A stretch of 62,890 bases of DNA, filler included, from Welwitschia mirabilis (lineage: Eukaryota): NCBI GenBank assembly GCA_051453625.1. It is 9 parts of one record of this genome, joined end to end, with 100 filler letters (N's around TTAATTAATTAA, not from the genome) between each part and the next. Parts side by side here need not be neighbours in the genome. Positions count along the whole stretch, not along the records: positions 1 to 22,999 come from JBOZIK010000001.1; 8 more parts are not named here. One strand, given 5' to 3'. The translations under genes were made by a program, and so were the position numbers. A model generated the notes under the pieces. That model made no database searches. It was not told where the DNA came from and was given only the letters and a program-made list of their open reading frames with translations. Below are positions 1 to 12,633 of the stretch, piece after piece. Each line of letters starts with the position of its first letter. Within the stretch, counting starts at the first letter, position 1.

Positions 1-1962
1 TGACGAAAAGCCTCGCCAACAAGCTTCGACTCAAGGAAGGTTTGTTCACCATTCGCATGTCCGAAGGTACTTCTGTTAAAGCACATCTCAATAAGTTTAA
101 TTCAATTCTAATGGACTTAGAAAATCTTGATGTGCATATTGAAGATGAAGATAAGGTTGTGTTGTTAACTGTCTCTTTACCTCCTACCTATAGGCATTTT
201 AAGGAAATTATGTTGCATGGTGGTTTAGATACTTTAGCTTTTGAAGATGTTAAAGTCCATCTATTGTCCAAAGAAAAGTTTGATTCAGAAATTCACTCTG
301 AGGATAAGGGTGAAGGTCTGATGATTAGAGGTCAAAGTCATGATCATATACATACTAAAACCTACAGGAAGTCCAAGTCAAAGTCAAGAGGATGTAAGTC
401 CAATAGTAAAACTTGTCAGTATTATAAAAAGGTAGGATGTGAGCTTTCTGAATGTTATAAATTAAAAAATAAACAGGACAGAGAAGCAAAGAGGAAACAA
501 CCTCAATCATTCGCAGAGGTTAGTATCATTGAAACTGATACTGAAGGTGATGTATTATTATCTGAGTCTTCTACTGATGATAGAAGTTCATCTAATTGGA
601 TTCTTAATTCAGGTTATACTTTTCACATCTGTCCTCATCGGGACTAGTTTACAACCTTTAAATCTGTTTTCTTTGGTGTTGTTTTAATGGGTAATGATAC
701 CTAGTGTAAGGTCAAAGGAATAGGAACTGATCAGATCAAAAGAAATGATGGAATTGTCAGAACACTTGAGGAGGTATGTTTTGTTCCTGATCTTAAATGA
801 AACTTAATCTCATTAGATATTCTTGAATCAAAAGGATACAAATATGTTATTGAAGGTGGAATTCTCAAAATTATTAAAGGTGATTTTGTTATATTTAAGG
901 CTAACCAATGTAGTAGCTTGTATGTCTTGCAAGATTCTATAGTGATAGGTTTTGCAGCTGTTTCAACTTCTATGTCTGAATTTGAGATGACTCACATGTG
1001 GAACATGCAGTTAGGCCACATGAGCAAGAAAGGTATGTATATTCTTAGTAAAAAAGATCTTCTCTATGGTCAGCATCTTGGTAAATTAGAATTCTATAAA
1101 CATTCTATTTTTGGCAAACAAAAATGAGTTAGTTTTTCTAATGCAATTAATCATACTAAAGGTGTACTAGATTATATTCACTCTAATTTATGGGAACCTT
1201 TCAAGGTTCCTTCTATTAGTGGTTATCATTTTATAATGACAATTATTGATGATTACTCTTGCAAAGTATGGGTTCACTTTCTACGTCATGTGCTAATAAT
1301 GGCATTTCTCGACACAAAACTTTGGTTGGAATACCGTAATAGAATGGTGTTGTTGAATGCATGAATAGAACATTACTTGAAAGGGCTCATTGTATGCTCT
1401 CCAATGCTCATCTATGAAATCAATGACATTTGTGGGCTGAAGCAGTTTCTACAACTTGTTATCTCATTAATTGATCTCCACATTCCTCACTAAAATTTGA
1501 AATTCCCAAAGAGATTTGATTAGGTAATCCTATTAACTACTATCAGTTAAAAATATTTGGTTGTCCAGCATACGCTCATATCAATGATGGTAAACTAGCA
1601 CCTAGAGCTATTAAATATATATTCCTTGGTTATGCTTCTGAATCTAAAGGATACCATTTGTGGTATCCTGAGTTGCATAAGATAATTCTTAGTAGAGATG
1701 TAACATTTAATGAGGATGCTTTGCTTACTCCTCAGAAAGATTCTACTATTTCTTCTGCTCCTTCTTGTTCTTCTTCTCAAGAGATTATAGATCAGAAGTC
1801 TAATAAGCAGATGGAATTAGAAGTTACATCCTCTCCATCGACTATTGTAAATTCCACACCTTCCTCCTTTACTAAAATAGGTATAGATGAGAATACTCCC
1901 AGTATCAGTACTTCTGATAAATCACAGCAAGATTATTCGATTGCTCAAGATCGTCTAAGGAG
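1..1962 (+). mobile_element. Ty1/copia (Tnt1/Tork-like) retrotransposon copy 1: gag, zinc knuckle, protease, GAG-pre-integrase and integrase relics, truncated
   Basis: ORF 42-647 has copia gag (FTIRMSEG...HLNKFNSILMDL...LLTVSLPPTY), a decayed zinc knuckle (CQYYKKVGCELSEC) and the protease motif WILNSGYTFHICP. ORF 918-1127 has MWNMQLGHMS (HHCC region). ORF 1658 gives the integrase C-terminus ILSRDVTFNE. Many stops and frameshifts. Confidence 0.93.
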
Positions 1963-2101
1963 TGACAACATTTCTTTCATCTCTGACTCATCGTTCTCAT
2001 CNNNNNNNNNNNNNNNNNNNNNNNNNNNNNNNNNNNNNNNNNNNNNNNNNNNNNNNNNNNNNNNNNNNNNNNNNNNNNNNNNNNNNNNNNNNNNNNNNNN
2101 N

Positions 2102-5100
2102 CCCAGTGTAAGGTCAAAAAAATAGGAACTATTCAGATCAAAAGTGATAATGGAATTATCAGAACACTTGAGGAGGTATGCTTTGTTCCTGATCTTAAAC
2201 GAAACTTAATCTTATTAGGTACTCTTGAATCAAAAGGATACAAATATGTCACTGAAGGTGGAGTTCTCAAAATTATTAAAGGTGCTCTTGTTATACTTAA
2301 GGCTAACCGATGTGGTAGCCTGTATGTCTTACAAGGTTCTATAATTACAGGTTCTGCAGCTGTTTCAACTTCTATACCTGAATCAGATGTGACTCACTTA
2401 TGGCACATGCGATTAGGTCACATAAGCGAGAAAGGTATGCACATCCTCAGTAAGAAAGATCTTCTTAGTGGTTAGCATCTTGGTAAATTAGAATTTTGTA
2501 AACATTATATTTTTGGCAAACAAAATTGAGTTAAATTCTCTACTGCACTTCATCATACTAAAGGTGTGCTAGACTACATCCACTCTAATTTATGGGTACC
2601 TTCCAAAGTTCCTTCTAGTGGTGATTCTCATTTCATGATGACACTTATTGATGATTATTCTTGTAAAGTCTGGGTTTATTTTCTAAGGCATAAAAATGAA
2701 GCTCTCTCGACTTTTAAACAATGGAAAATCCTCATTGAAAATCAGACAGACAAGAAGATTAAGAAACTTAGAACTGATAATTGATTAGAATTTTGTTCAG
2801 GTAATTTTAATGAGTTTTGTGCTAACAATGGAATTGCTCGACACAAAACTTTGGTCAAAACACCACAACAGAGTGGTATTGCAGAACGCATGAACAGAAC
2901 TTTGCTTGAAAGGGCTTATTATATGCTTTCTAATGCAAACCTATGGCATCGATGTGATTTATGGGCTGAAGTAGTTTCTATAGCTTGTTATCTCCTCAAT
3001 CGATCTATACATTCCTCACTAAAGTTTGAAATTCCAGAAGAGATTTGGTCAAGTAACCTTGTAAACTACTCTCAGTTAAAAATATTTGATTGTTCAGCAT
3101 TCGCCCATACCAATGATAGTAAACTTGCACCTAGAGCTGTTAAACGCATATTCCTTAGTTATGATTCTGAATCTAAAAGATACTGTTTGTGGTGTCCTGA
3201 GTTACATAAAGTGCTTCTTAGTAGAGATGTAACATTTAATGAGAATGTTTAGATTACTCCTCAGATAGATTCTGCTGTCTCCTCTTCTTTTTCTTCCTCT
3301 TCTTAAGATATTATAGATCAGAAGTCTAACAAGCAGGTAGAATTAGAGGTCGCAATCTCTTCATCGACTCTTGTAAATTCCACACCTTACTCTTCTACTG
3401 AAACAAGTGTTGATGAGAATACTACAAGTATCAGTACTCCTGAGCAACTACAGTAGGATTATTCAATTGCATGAGTTCGTCCGAGGAGAATGATTAAGAA
3501 ACCAGCTAGATATCTTAACACTAATGAAGAGTTAGTTGCATATGCTCTCTCTGTTGCCTAGGAAATTCCTGAAGATATGGAACCTTCATCTTATTCAGAA
3601 GCTGTTTCTAGTAGTAATTCCTTTAAATGGTTTGTGACTATGAACAAAGAAATTAACAGTCTCCATAAAAATGAAACTTGAGTTCTATGTAAACTTCCAT
3701 CTGATGAACGTCCTTTGAACTGTAAGTGAATCTACAAGAAAAAGGAAGGCATCCTTGGAGTTGAAAATGCAAGATGGAAAGCACGGTTGGTTGTCAAAGG
3801 CTACAATAAAAAAGAAGGTATAGATTTCTATGAAATTTTTTCACCTGTAGTATGTCATACTTCGATTCGTGTACTACTTGCATTTGTGGTTTTATGTAAC
3901 ATGGAGTTACATCAACTCAATGTTAAAATAACATTCTTACATGGAGACCTTAATGAAGAAATCTATATGAACCAGCTTGAGGGTTTCATAATCCCAAGAA
4001 AAGAACGTTATGTGTGTCATCTAAACAAATTATTATATGGCCTTAAACAAGCTCCGCAATAGTGGTATAAGAAGTTTGATTCATTTATGATTAGACAAGG
4101 TTATCGCAGAAGTTAATATGATCACTGCATCTATTATTAGTAGTATTCTGATCAATCTTTTGTATATTTTTGCTGTACATTGATGACATGTTAATGATAT
4201 CATGTAACAAGACTTTGATTGACAGGTTAAAATCTCAACTTAATCAGGAATTTGAAATGAAGGATCTGGGTGAAGCCAAGAAAATTCTTGGTATGGACGT
4301 TTGTAGAGATTGTCAAGCTGGCAAATTGTGTCTCTCTCAAAGCAAATATATTCAGAAAGTTCTTGACAAGTTCAAGATGTTAAATTGTAAACCTATTTCT
4401 ACTCCCTTTGCTGCTCACTTCAAATTATCTTCGGATTGTTGTCCAAAAACCGAAGAAGAGATTGAGTGTATGTCAACCATACCTTATGCTAATGTCGTTG
4501 GAAGTTTAATGTATGCAATGGTCTGCACTAAACCTGATCTCGCATATGCTGTCAGTATTGTAAGTCAATACATGCATAATCCAGGAAATGATCATTGGAA
4601 TGCTGTAAAATGGATCCTTCGTTATTTGAAGGGCTCTTCTACCTTAGGCTTAGTATTTGATGGAAGCCAAAATACATCAACTAATGTAGTAGATTTACTT
4701 ATTTTGATTATGAAGGTGACTTAGATAGACGAAGATCTCTTTTGGGATACATCTTCACTCTCTACAATTCTGCTATCAGCTGGAAGGCATCACTTCAATC
4801 CATTACTACATTATCAACAACCGAGGTGGAGTATGTTTCAGTAATTGAAGGTGTCAAAGAAGCTACATGGCTCCGAGGTTTAGTAACTGAACTTAGTATA
4901 CCCCGAGACATGACTGTGGTCTTCTGTGATAGCCAAAGTGCTATTCATCTTACTCAGAATGATATGTATCACTCACAGACCAAAAACATTGATGTAAAGC
5001 ATCATTATATTAGAGACACTCTTTCTCTAGGAGAAATTGATGTACAGAAGATACATACTTCACAAAATCCTGCTGACATGTTAATCAAGTCTCTTACCAA

Positions 5101-5149
5101 GGTAAAGTTCAAACACTATTTGGACTTAGTAGGCATAAGCATCACTTGA
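2102..5149 (+). pseudogene. Ty1/copia pol pseudogene copy 2 (protease C-terminus, integrase, RT, RNase H)
   Basis: Integrase motifs LDYIHSNLW, LIDDYS, KKLRTDN, TPQQSGIAERMNRTL. RT motifs LYGLKQAP, LYIDDML, FEMKDLGEAKKILGM, PYANVVGSLMYAM. RNase H motifs LSTTEVEY, FCDSQSAI, NPADML. IN-RT-RH order is copia-type. Broken into several ORFs. Confidence 0.95.
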
Positions 5150-5166
5150 CCTCTTGTATCCCATTT

Positions 5167-5182
5167 GAGCCAAGGTGGAGAT
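5167..5182 (+). other. Polypurine tract of copia element
   Basis: GAGCCAAGGTGGAGAT lies just after the pol stop (5149) and directly before TGTTAGG. Confidence 0.8.
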
Positions 5183-5354
5183 TGTTAGGTGTGTGGCTCA
5201 TATTGGGCACACATCTAAATACCAAAGGGCGGTGCCAACCTTCACCTACCCACAGATTGTACCATCTCCTATTAGTGCGATTCATCTATAAAAGGCTTTC
5301 TTGTGTGATTGCTAGTTGGTAGTGCTTTCGTGATCACATCCGGCTGGTTCTACA
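5183..5354 (+). repeat. Short 3' LTR of copia element (~172 bp)
   Basis: Starts TGTTAGG after the PPT, contains CTATAAAA (~5286), and ends ...GGTTCTACA. After this point the sequence switches to the gypsy-type region. Confidence 0.6.
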
Positions 5355-8300
5355 TCTGATAAGAATAATTTTGAAAGGACCCTATGAAATTCCAAAAGTT
5401 AGATTAACTTTTAGAATGCACATCCATAAAAGACATAGATGCTTATAAAAAAGTATAAGTGAAATGCACTTTATACCCTCTTAATTTAGCAAAGAACATT
5501 TTCAATAGACAATTTAAAGAAAAGATTCCTATCCTACTTGGTCTTGTATCTTAATAATCCTATGATTTTTAGATATCCTTAATGCCTTTAGTGCATTCTA
5601 TAATAAGATTCTTTTCAATAAAGCTTTTGTGTTTTTGTATTTTTATAGATGGTCATATCAATTACTTTGAAGAAAATTCCTCACATTAACTTAACAAAAT
5701 ATTTTTAGTTTATTTAGAAAACTATAAGAAATTAAAAAGCTTTCTTTTTCTTAAGGACAATTTAATTATTGTCTATATATTCTAAGTTAACACTTTGATT
5801 CACATTCCATCTTATACTTCAGAATAAACACTTTTTTTAAGTTTTTAACTTGTGACATATTAATATAGTCAACATTAGTCCATCATAATTGAATATAGTC
5901 TTGGTAAGTAGCTATGCCTTGATTAATCCTAAGACACCACTATTTTTTAACCATTTCTTATCACAAAACTCAACTTTTTATTCATAATGAGGAGAGTGCA
6001 ATCACTATCAAAGAGTAATGATCTATAAGATTAAATATAGATCATAACCAACTGACCCCTTAGTGGAGTTCTCTTAACTACCATATTGCACTACTAAAGG
6101 TCTCTCTAGGGAATATTTATCCTATGCACTTGTTGAAGAACATTGTGAATCATTATTTCTTTTTTATAATAATGAGATAATTATATATATTCCATAGTAT
6201 TGATGAAATGCTTTTCAAGGCCTTAATTGAAAATGATGCATACATCCTCCTCTTAAAGTCCTATAAAATTGACCTCTCTTTTTTAAGTAATATAAATTTC
6301 ATCATTCGTACTCTAAAAAGTTAATACATATAATAAACTTTAAATGATGGACATAATTTATTATTCTAAAATCTAATTTATTTTTATAGATAGAGTGGGA
6401 GTATCCTTTCTACTTTATAAGGGTTTCTTAAGCATTCTAGTATAGACTTATGATCATTATAAACTCTTATTCTTTACTTATTAATTTGATAAGTTATCTT
6501 TTCATCAGAGTCATATATTTCTATGGCTCTACTTCCTATAATTTTAGTTATTTTTAAATTCCAAGCCAATTTTATTCATATTTTTATTTTGAATTAAGCT
6601 TTTTAGGCTCATAAACTATTATTGAATCCTTTACTTTGGAATTGATTTTTCTCATTTTATTATCATGGAATATCTTTGTTTTTTTTGGATTAATTATTTT
6701 CTTAGAAGAACTTCTCTTCCATTTTCATCTAAAATATTTATGTTTTCAAAGTATTCTTCTTAAGCTTTATCTAAACTGCAATTTAATTATTTAGCTAACT
6801 TAAAGTTTTTTTATTTTAAATTCAATTAGAAATATTGCTCTTTTCTCATAAACCAATTCATATGGTGTGAATCCTTTACTAGTTTTCCAAGTTATCTTAT
6901 AAACCTACAAAGATTTATTTTATTTTTTAGTCCATTCTATTTTTGTTCATATTTACAATTCTAGCTAATATTAAATTTAATTCTCTATGTGTTACTTTAT
7001 CTTTACAATTGGATTGAGGATGATAAGTAGTAGATACTTGTGATGGATTTCATGCTTGAGTAAGAGTTTGTCAAAAATATCATAAGTAAAGGTGGTTTCC
7101 CTATCTAAAATGAGACTCTTATGTGCTCCAAACCTATAAATGATATTCTTAAAGGAAAAAGGTAATAACAATTTTAGAATAAAATGAGATATAAACTCAA
7201 CCTCAACCCATTTAGTGAGTTAATCAACATAGAGCAAAATGTACTTTTTCTGATTTGAAAAATGATTAATAGGGTCAAAATCTATTTCAGTCTAATTGCT
7301 TAAATCCGTTATTGTATCATTTCTAATATCTAAGAGAATGCTCTTTCCTTTTAGCATTTATCACAACTTCAGACATAAACATATGAATATTTAAATATTG
7401 TAGGTTAATAGTATTCATATTCAGTATTTTCATCCTTGTTCTTCTTCCTTGTTCTTCGTTCTTTATAATGTCCACCACATTCTTCTTCATTTGCTTCTTT
7501 AATAAGCATTTTTTACAATCCTCTCTCTTCACATCACCTAATAAGATGATCTTTATATTTTTAAAATAGAATTGTATCATGTCATATATAATTTATAATT
7601 TCTCTTAACAATATTTTTCTTTCATAGTAATTTGTATAGGATGGTAATTTTGTATTAACTATGATATTATTTATATCAACATACCAAGGATATGTTTCAA
7701 TTTTTAAGAAATTCTCATTAAAAAATTCATTCCTTACATTTATTTGATCCTCTTCATCAGAAAAATATAATCTTAATAGATGGTCTGCTATCAAATTTTA
7801 TGTTCCTTTTCTATCAACGATTTTCAAGTTGAATTCCTACATTAGTAATATCCATATCATAATTCTTGAGTCTACTTCCTTTTATTCTTTAAAAATCTAA
7901 TAGCACTATGATCAATATGCACTTAACGTCATATCCTAAAATGTAGTGCCTAAATTTTTCTATTGCCAACTATTAATAATTCTTTCTCATTTGAGCTAAA
8001 TTTAAATTTTTATTAATATAAGAAATACCATGAGGTTTATTCTCATTATTATTTTATCCTAAGATAGCTCCCCTAGCATGATTAAATGCATTAATCATTG
8101 TGTTAAAAGGTTTGGATCAATGAGGTCCTTATAGAACAGGTGTCTTAATTAATTTATATTTTAAAATTTGAAAGTCATTTTGGCATGTGGGAGTCAAATC
8201 ATACTCTACATTGTTTTGTAAAATATTGAAAAAGGGATCGACAATTTTACAAAATCTAACCATAAATCTTCTATAATATTCCCCATGCCCTAGGAAAGAT

Positions 8301-11300
8301 CTTAGCTCCTTGGGCTTAGTAGTAAACAATTTACATATGAGAAATAATATAAAAAGGAGTGTCCCACACCACCCTAATGGCACTGGTGGTGTATTTTTTA
8401 TAGTACTAATCTTCTACTCATTAGTTTCTATTCCTTCTTAAGAGATGTTATTGCTTAATATTATTCCTTATGTTATCATAAAATGATTTTGAGACCAACT
8501 TAGTTTTAATATTTTCTCTTCACATCTCTCTGAAATTTTTAAACATATTAAGTAATTCATAAAAATAATTTTTAAACATTAAAAAGTAATACGTAAAGAC
8601 TTCTCTTAATCCACTGATTATGTCCTAAAAAATACTGTTCACCAATCTTTGAAAAGTAATAGGATTATTTCATAGACCATATAGTAATATTTTAAAAGCA
8701 TAAATGCCTTGATGATAGGTAAAAATCATTTTTACTAGATATTATAAATCTATAGTAACTTGGTTGTAGCCACTATATCCATCTAAGGAACTATAATATT
8801 AGTGTTTAAATATCTTTTTTAAAACTCAATCCATAGAAGTTAAAGGAAAGTGGTTCTTGTAGGTTGCTCCATTAAGCATCCTAAAATATATACAAATCTT
8901 CCATTTATCACCTTCTCAGATACCAAATTAACATGAATAATCCATTTGAGTCTAATATAGTATAAATAAATCCTACATCTAAGAGTTTAGTGATTTCTTA
9001 TTTGACTACTTCTTACACATGTGGGTTACACCTTCATTTAGATTGATTATTTTATTTAATTACAGTATCTAGATAAATCCTATATTAGTAAGTTCTTGGA
9101 TATATTCCTTTAATATCTGTATGGTCCAAGTAAAGGCTTATTTTGTTTGAAATAATATTCTCTTAATTCTTGCCTGTTGAAAGTGAGTTAAATTGCTATT
9201 AATAATCAATTTTTTGTTAGGAGCTACTTCTATATAGTCTAAACCTTCTTTAACCGAAGGCTTTTCTGTTTTCTAAGATGTTAACTTTCTTTCTTATATA
9301 TTCCTCTTTAATTAAAACAACATTAATTCTTATTTCTATATTGGGTCTTATTCCCCTTAAGTTCTCCTAAGATAATTTTCATTACCCCTCTCCTAGCATA
9401 AACAGTGGCATCAACATCAGCCATCCATGGCCTTTTTAAGATAATTGCATGAGTATCTTCTTGGATTTTCATTAATAAATATCAATTAAATAAATCAACC
9501 CTTGATGTTTAATAGATATATCCTTTGAAACTCCTTTAGGTATTACTATGGATTCATATACTGAATAGAACTTTCTTCCCCTCATAAGGTATTAGACTCG
9601 GTCTTTATAGTTCCTCATACATTTCATAAGTCACAACATTAATATTAGCTTCTAAATATACTAGAAAATCCACTATTAATTTATTATAAATTTTTATATC
9701 TATTCTAGGGGTTTCTAAATCACTATACTTTTTTTTTGAATAACCTATGTAGAGGCTTAAGAAACATGATCTCTCTTAGTTATTTTGATTTGTTCTTCTT
9801 TAACTTTTTTTTTAATTCCATTGTCTTGAGCACATACTTTTCATTTGCCTCCAATACCTATCTTAACATCTGTATAAGAGTTAATGAAATTATTATGTCT
9901 TTAAGGCTTTAGCTAAGTATTCTAAATATTTTTTAACCTTAGTATTCTTAATTTATTTATTTTCATTAGAATAATAAAGGTACTAACTATTTACTTATCA
10001 CTATCTCACCTTGTATATTATTTCTTCTTCTTTAGATAATCTACTTGATTTATTTCTTCTTTTAGGAGGCTAATCCACTATCATAGTTTTCCCTGAATTT
10101 GTAGACATAGCTTTACGAGTGGCTTCTCTGGAGTTTTATTGAGGTTGGGTAGGAATTTTTTATTCTTTATTTTTTTCTTCTTATTTATCCTTATTATTTT
10201 TAATTCTTAGTTATTCAATTTTTGTAATATTCATATTGTTGTTATTTCTTAGCATTTATATATTTTAGATTTTTTAATATAAATTTTTTTTCCCATTTCC
10301 TATTTTGATAAGGATATGGTTTCTTCATTTTCTAGGATTAATTTCTTAAGTACAAATCTAATTAATTTAGGTTTAACCACTAAACAACTCTTGCATTCAA
10401 GAATACTCTATTCCCTCATAGTCATCTTCTTTACAATGTTCACAAGTGGGTGCTTCCTCTTCTTTAATATGTTGCAAATCTAACTGATCAAAATTTCCTA
10501 TCATACTATCAGTTACCTTTTTAGCTAATTCTTTCATGAGACTAATATGTCGAGAACTATACACACTATGTTTTGTTTTATATGTTGATACCTCATTTAC
10601 GTTCTTACTATTCTAATTTATTACCTTAATCCCTGGCTTATGTCATAGAATTTATTAATGATTTCACCTATTTCTTATAGATTCTTAGTATTAATACTTA
10701 TCCTATATAACAAATCTAACTCCTTTAGGATTTGGTTTTGTAATCCTTTGAACACAACTTTGGTTCTTTCTCTAGAAAGGATTTTATTGTTAAGACATTT
10801 AGTTAGTAATATGTTATATCGATAAAATTGTCAGATCTTTCATTCTCTTTGTATTTAATGTCTAAGATTTCTTTTTTTAGATATTTTACTACTCTTGAGG
10901 ACTATAATTTATTCAAGAAAACATTTTTAAGAATCTACATGATTAAAAAACATAGTTTAAATTATGATATCATAATTGAGCTTCCCCTTTAACAGATAAG
11001 GGAAAATATCTCGAGTAATCCAATTCTTAGTCTAGATAATTTACCTTGAAAAATGAGCAAATAAGCTTAGGTGGAGTAAAGGTCTTTTGAACTTCTTTCC
11101 TTCAAAAATAAGTATAGATGTAATATTCATATTCTTAACCTTCTCAAAAAACTTATAGATATAATATTCATATTCCTATCCTTCATAGAAACCTCCAAAG
11201 CATTGGGATTGTTAGCGCTTAAATTTTCTAACTAGTGGGTAATGTAGTTAAAAGGTCTAAATTCTCCATCATATTTCAATAAAAGTCTAGTACAAATTTT

Positions 11301-11632
11301 GTTATACTAGGAATTTCTGGAGTATTATAATTTTTATTTATTCTAAAAGGTTCATCTTAGATAAAAAATTACTTAAGAAGAATGGATAACCTTTGTTTCA
11401 TCTCACTCATAAGTCGGAATAAGATTTATTCTTCAAAAACCTATCATAGAGTAGTTTCATCAACCTATAAGTTTATTTCCTCTATCTTGGATTTAATCTA
11501 TTTTCCTGTGTGTTTCCCTAAATCATATTTTTTAAGGTCCTTAGCATATCTTCCTCTATTATCTCTCTATTTTCCTTAACTATCCTTTTGAGTTATGAAC
11601 TTCTTAATCTTTACTAGTTGGCTTTAGTAGTG

Positions 11633-11649
11633 CCCTCCTTCTAGCGGCA
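11633..11649 (-). other. Primer binding site complementary to the tRNA-Asn 3' end
   Basis: Plus strand CCCTCCTTCTAGCGGCA matches, with one mismatch, the plant tRNA-Asn(GTT) 3' end ...CCCTCCTTCTAGCG-CCA as I recall it. It lies 3 nt from an LTR edge (TG at 11653, read as CA on minus). Confidence 0.75.
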
Positions 11650-11652
11650 AAA

Positions 11653-12633
11653 TGGTAAAAGCTAAACATCAATTAAAATATGCATAAATTCTACAAAACT
11701 ATGCACTAAAACATTAGAAACGTAAAACAATCAACCTAAGGATTAACTTTAATTAGTATTTTTTTAAAATGAAGTTTACTAAAGACTAGTTAAGAGGATA
11801 AAAAATCCTATCATCTTAATTCAAACTGCATTACCAAGAGAGTATCTAGATAAAGATCAACTTAAAGTATTTAAGTTGAAGATTTATAAATTATCAATTT
11901 ATACATAATATACATATGAAAAAGAAAGGGAGAGGACAAAATACATTTATGAAATTGAAACAACACTTATTTCTAAGCATTGACAGTATCCTAACATCTA
12001 CCAAGCTACATATTCTAGAGTAAGAAATAGATAAAGACCCTTTTTTTAAAAAAGTTATGTTATAATAGAAATAGTATGCATGATAACTTTTTAGTTATTC
12101 ATNNNNNNNNNNCTATAATACAATCATAGAACTTAGCATATAATATGATGCATGTATATTAAAACACTAATACAAATTAATGTTATGTTTTCTTTGTAGG
12201 TAGCACTACCACTTGGATGGACACTTATGTTTCCTTTTCAAGGAGCACTAAAAATTTAATAAACTTCCTTGATAGATCTCCTACAAAGAACCATTTCTGA
12301 TTACCTTTCTTAATAAAATATGTCCTTTGACATTAGCATTTCTTCTTTATTACCCATTCTCTAGTTTCTTCTTAGTTTGTGTCCTTTTTTTCCTCTTCAA
12401 AACCAATCACATGGGTTAGCTTTTTCTTGAATCCTAGCCTGCTTATTTTGTTGTTTAACCTCATGCTAAGTGGAAATTATACTTATAATAATTATTAATA
12501 ATATGTACACAACACTAGCTACTAACATGAAAATTATTGATCAAATTAAGTGATAGGTATAACTTTAGAATTAACTTAGCATTAAAACACATTATGATAA
12601 GTTAAATATGTACATAGGATTTTTTGCTCATCA
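11653..12633 (-). repeat. 5' LTR of the Athila-like element (LTR family C)
   Basis: Begins TGGTAAAAG next to the PBS and has a plausible other end ...GCTCATCA at 12633. The segment at ~11960-12020 resembles 36355-36420 and 59980-60043. Confidence 0.55.

Larger units (their letters stand above)
5355..12633 (-). mobile_element. Degenerate Ty3/gypsy Athila-like LTR retrotransposon (5' LTR, PBS, gag, PR, RT, RH, IN, downstream region)
   Basis: Minus-strand relics in gypsy order: gag IFPYLLKGEA (~10980-11010); protease LEANINVV (~9640); RT KELRSFLGHGEYYRRF (ORF 8129-8383); RH/linker IADHLLRL...PWYVDI (ORF 7582-7794); integrase YILLYVDxLTKWVE, RFGAHKSLILD, STTYHPQSN, GFTPYELVYEK (6840-7250). Confidence 0.88.

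Noticed and set aside
6035..6075. dUTPase motif 1-like STKGSVGYDLY on the minus strand
   Set aside because: No further dUTPase motifs follow, and the paralogous copies do not keep it.
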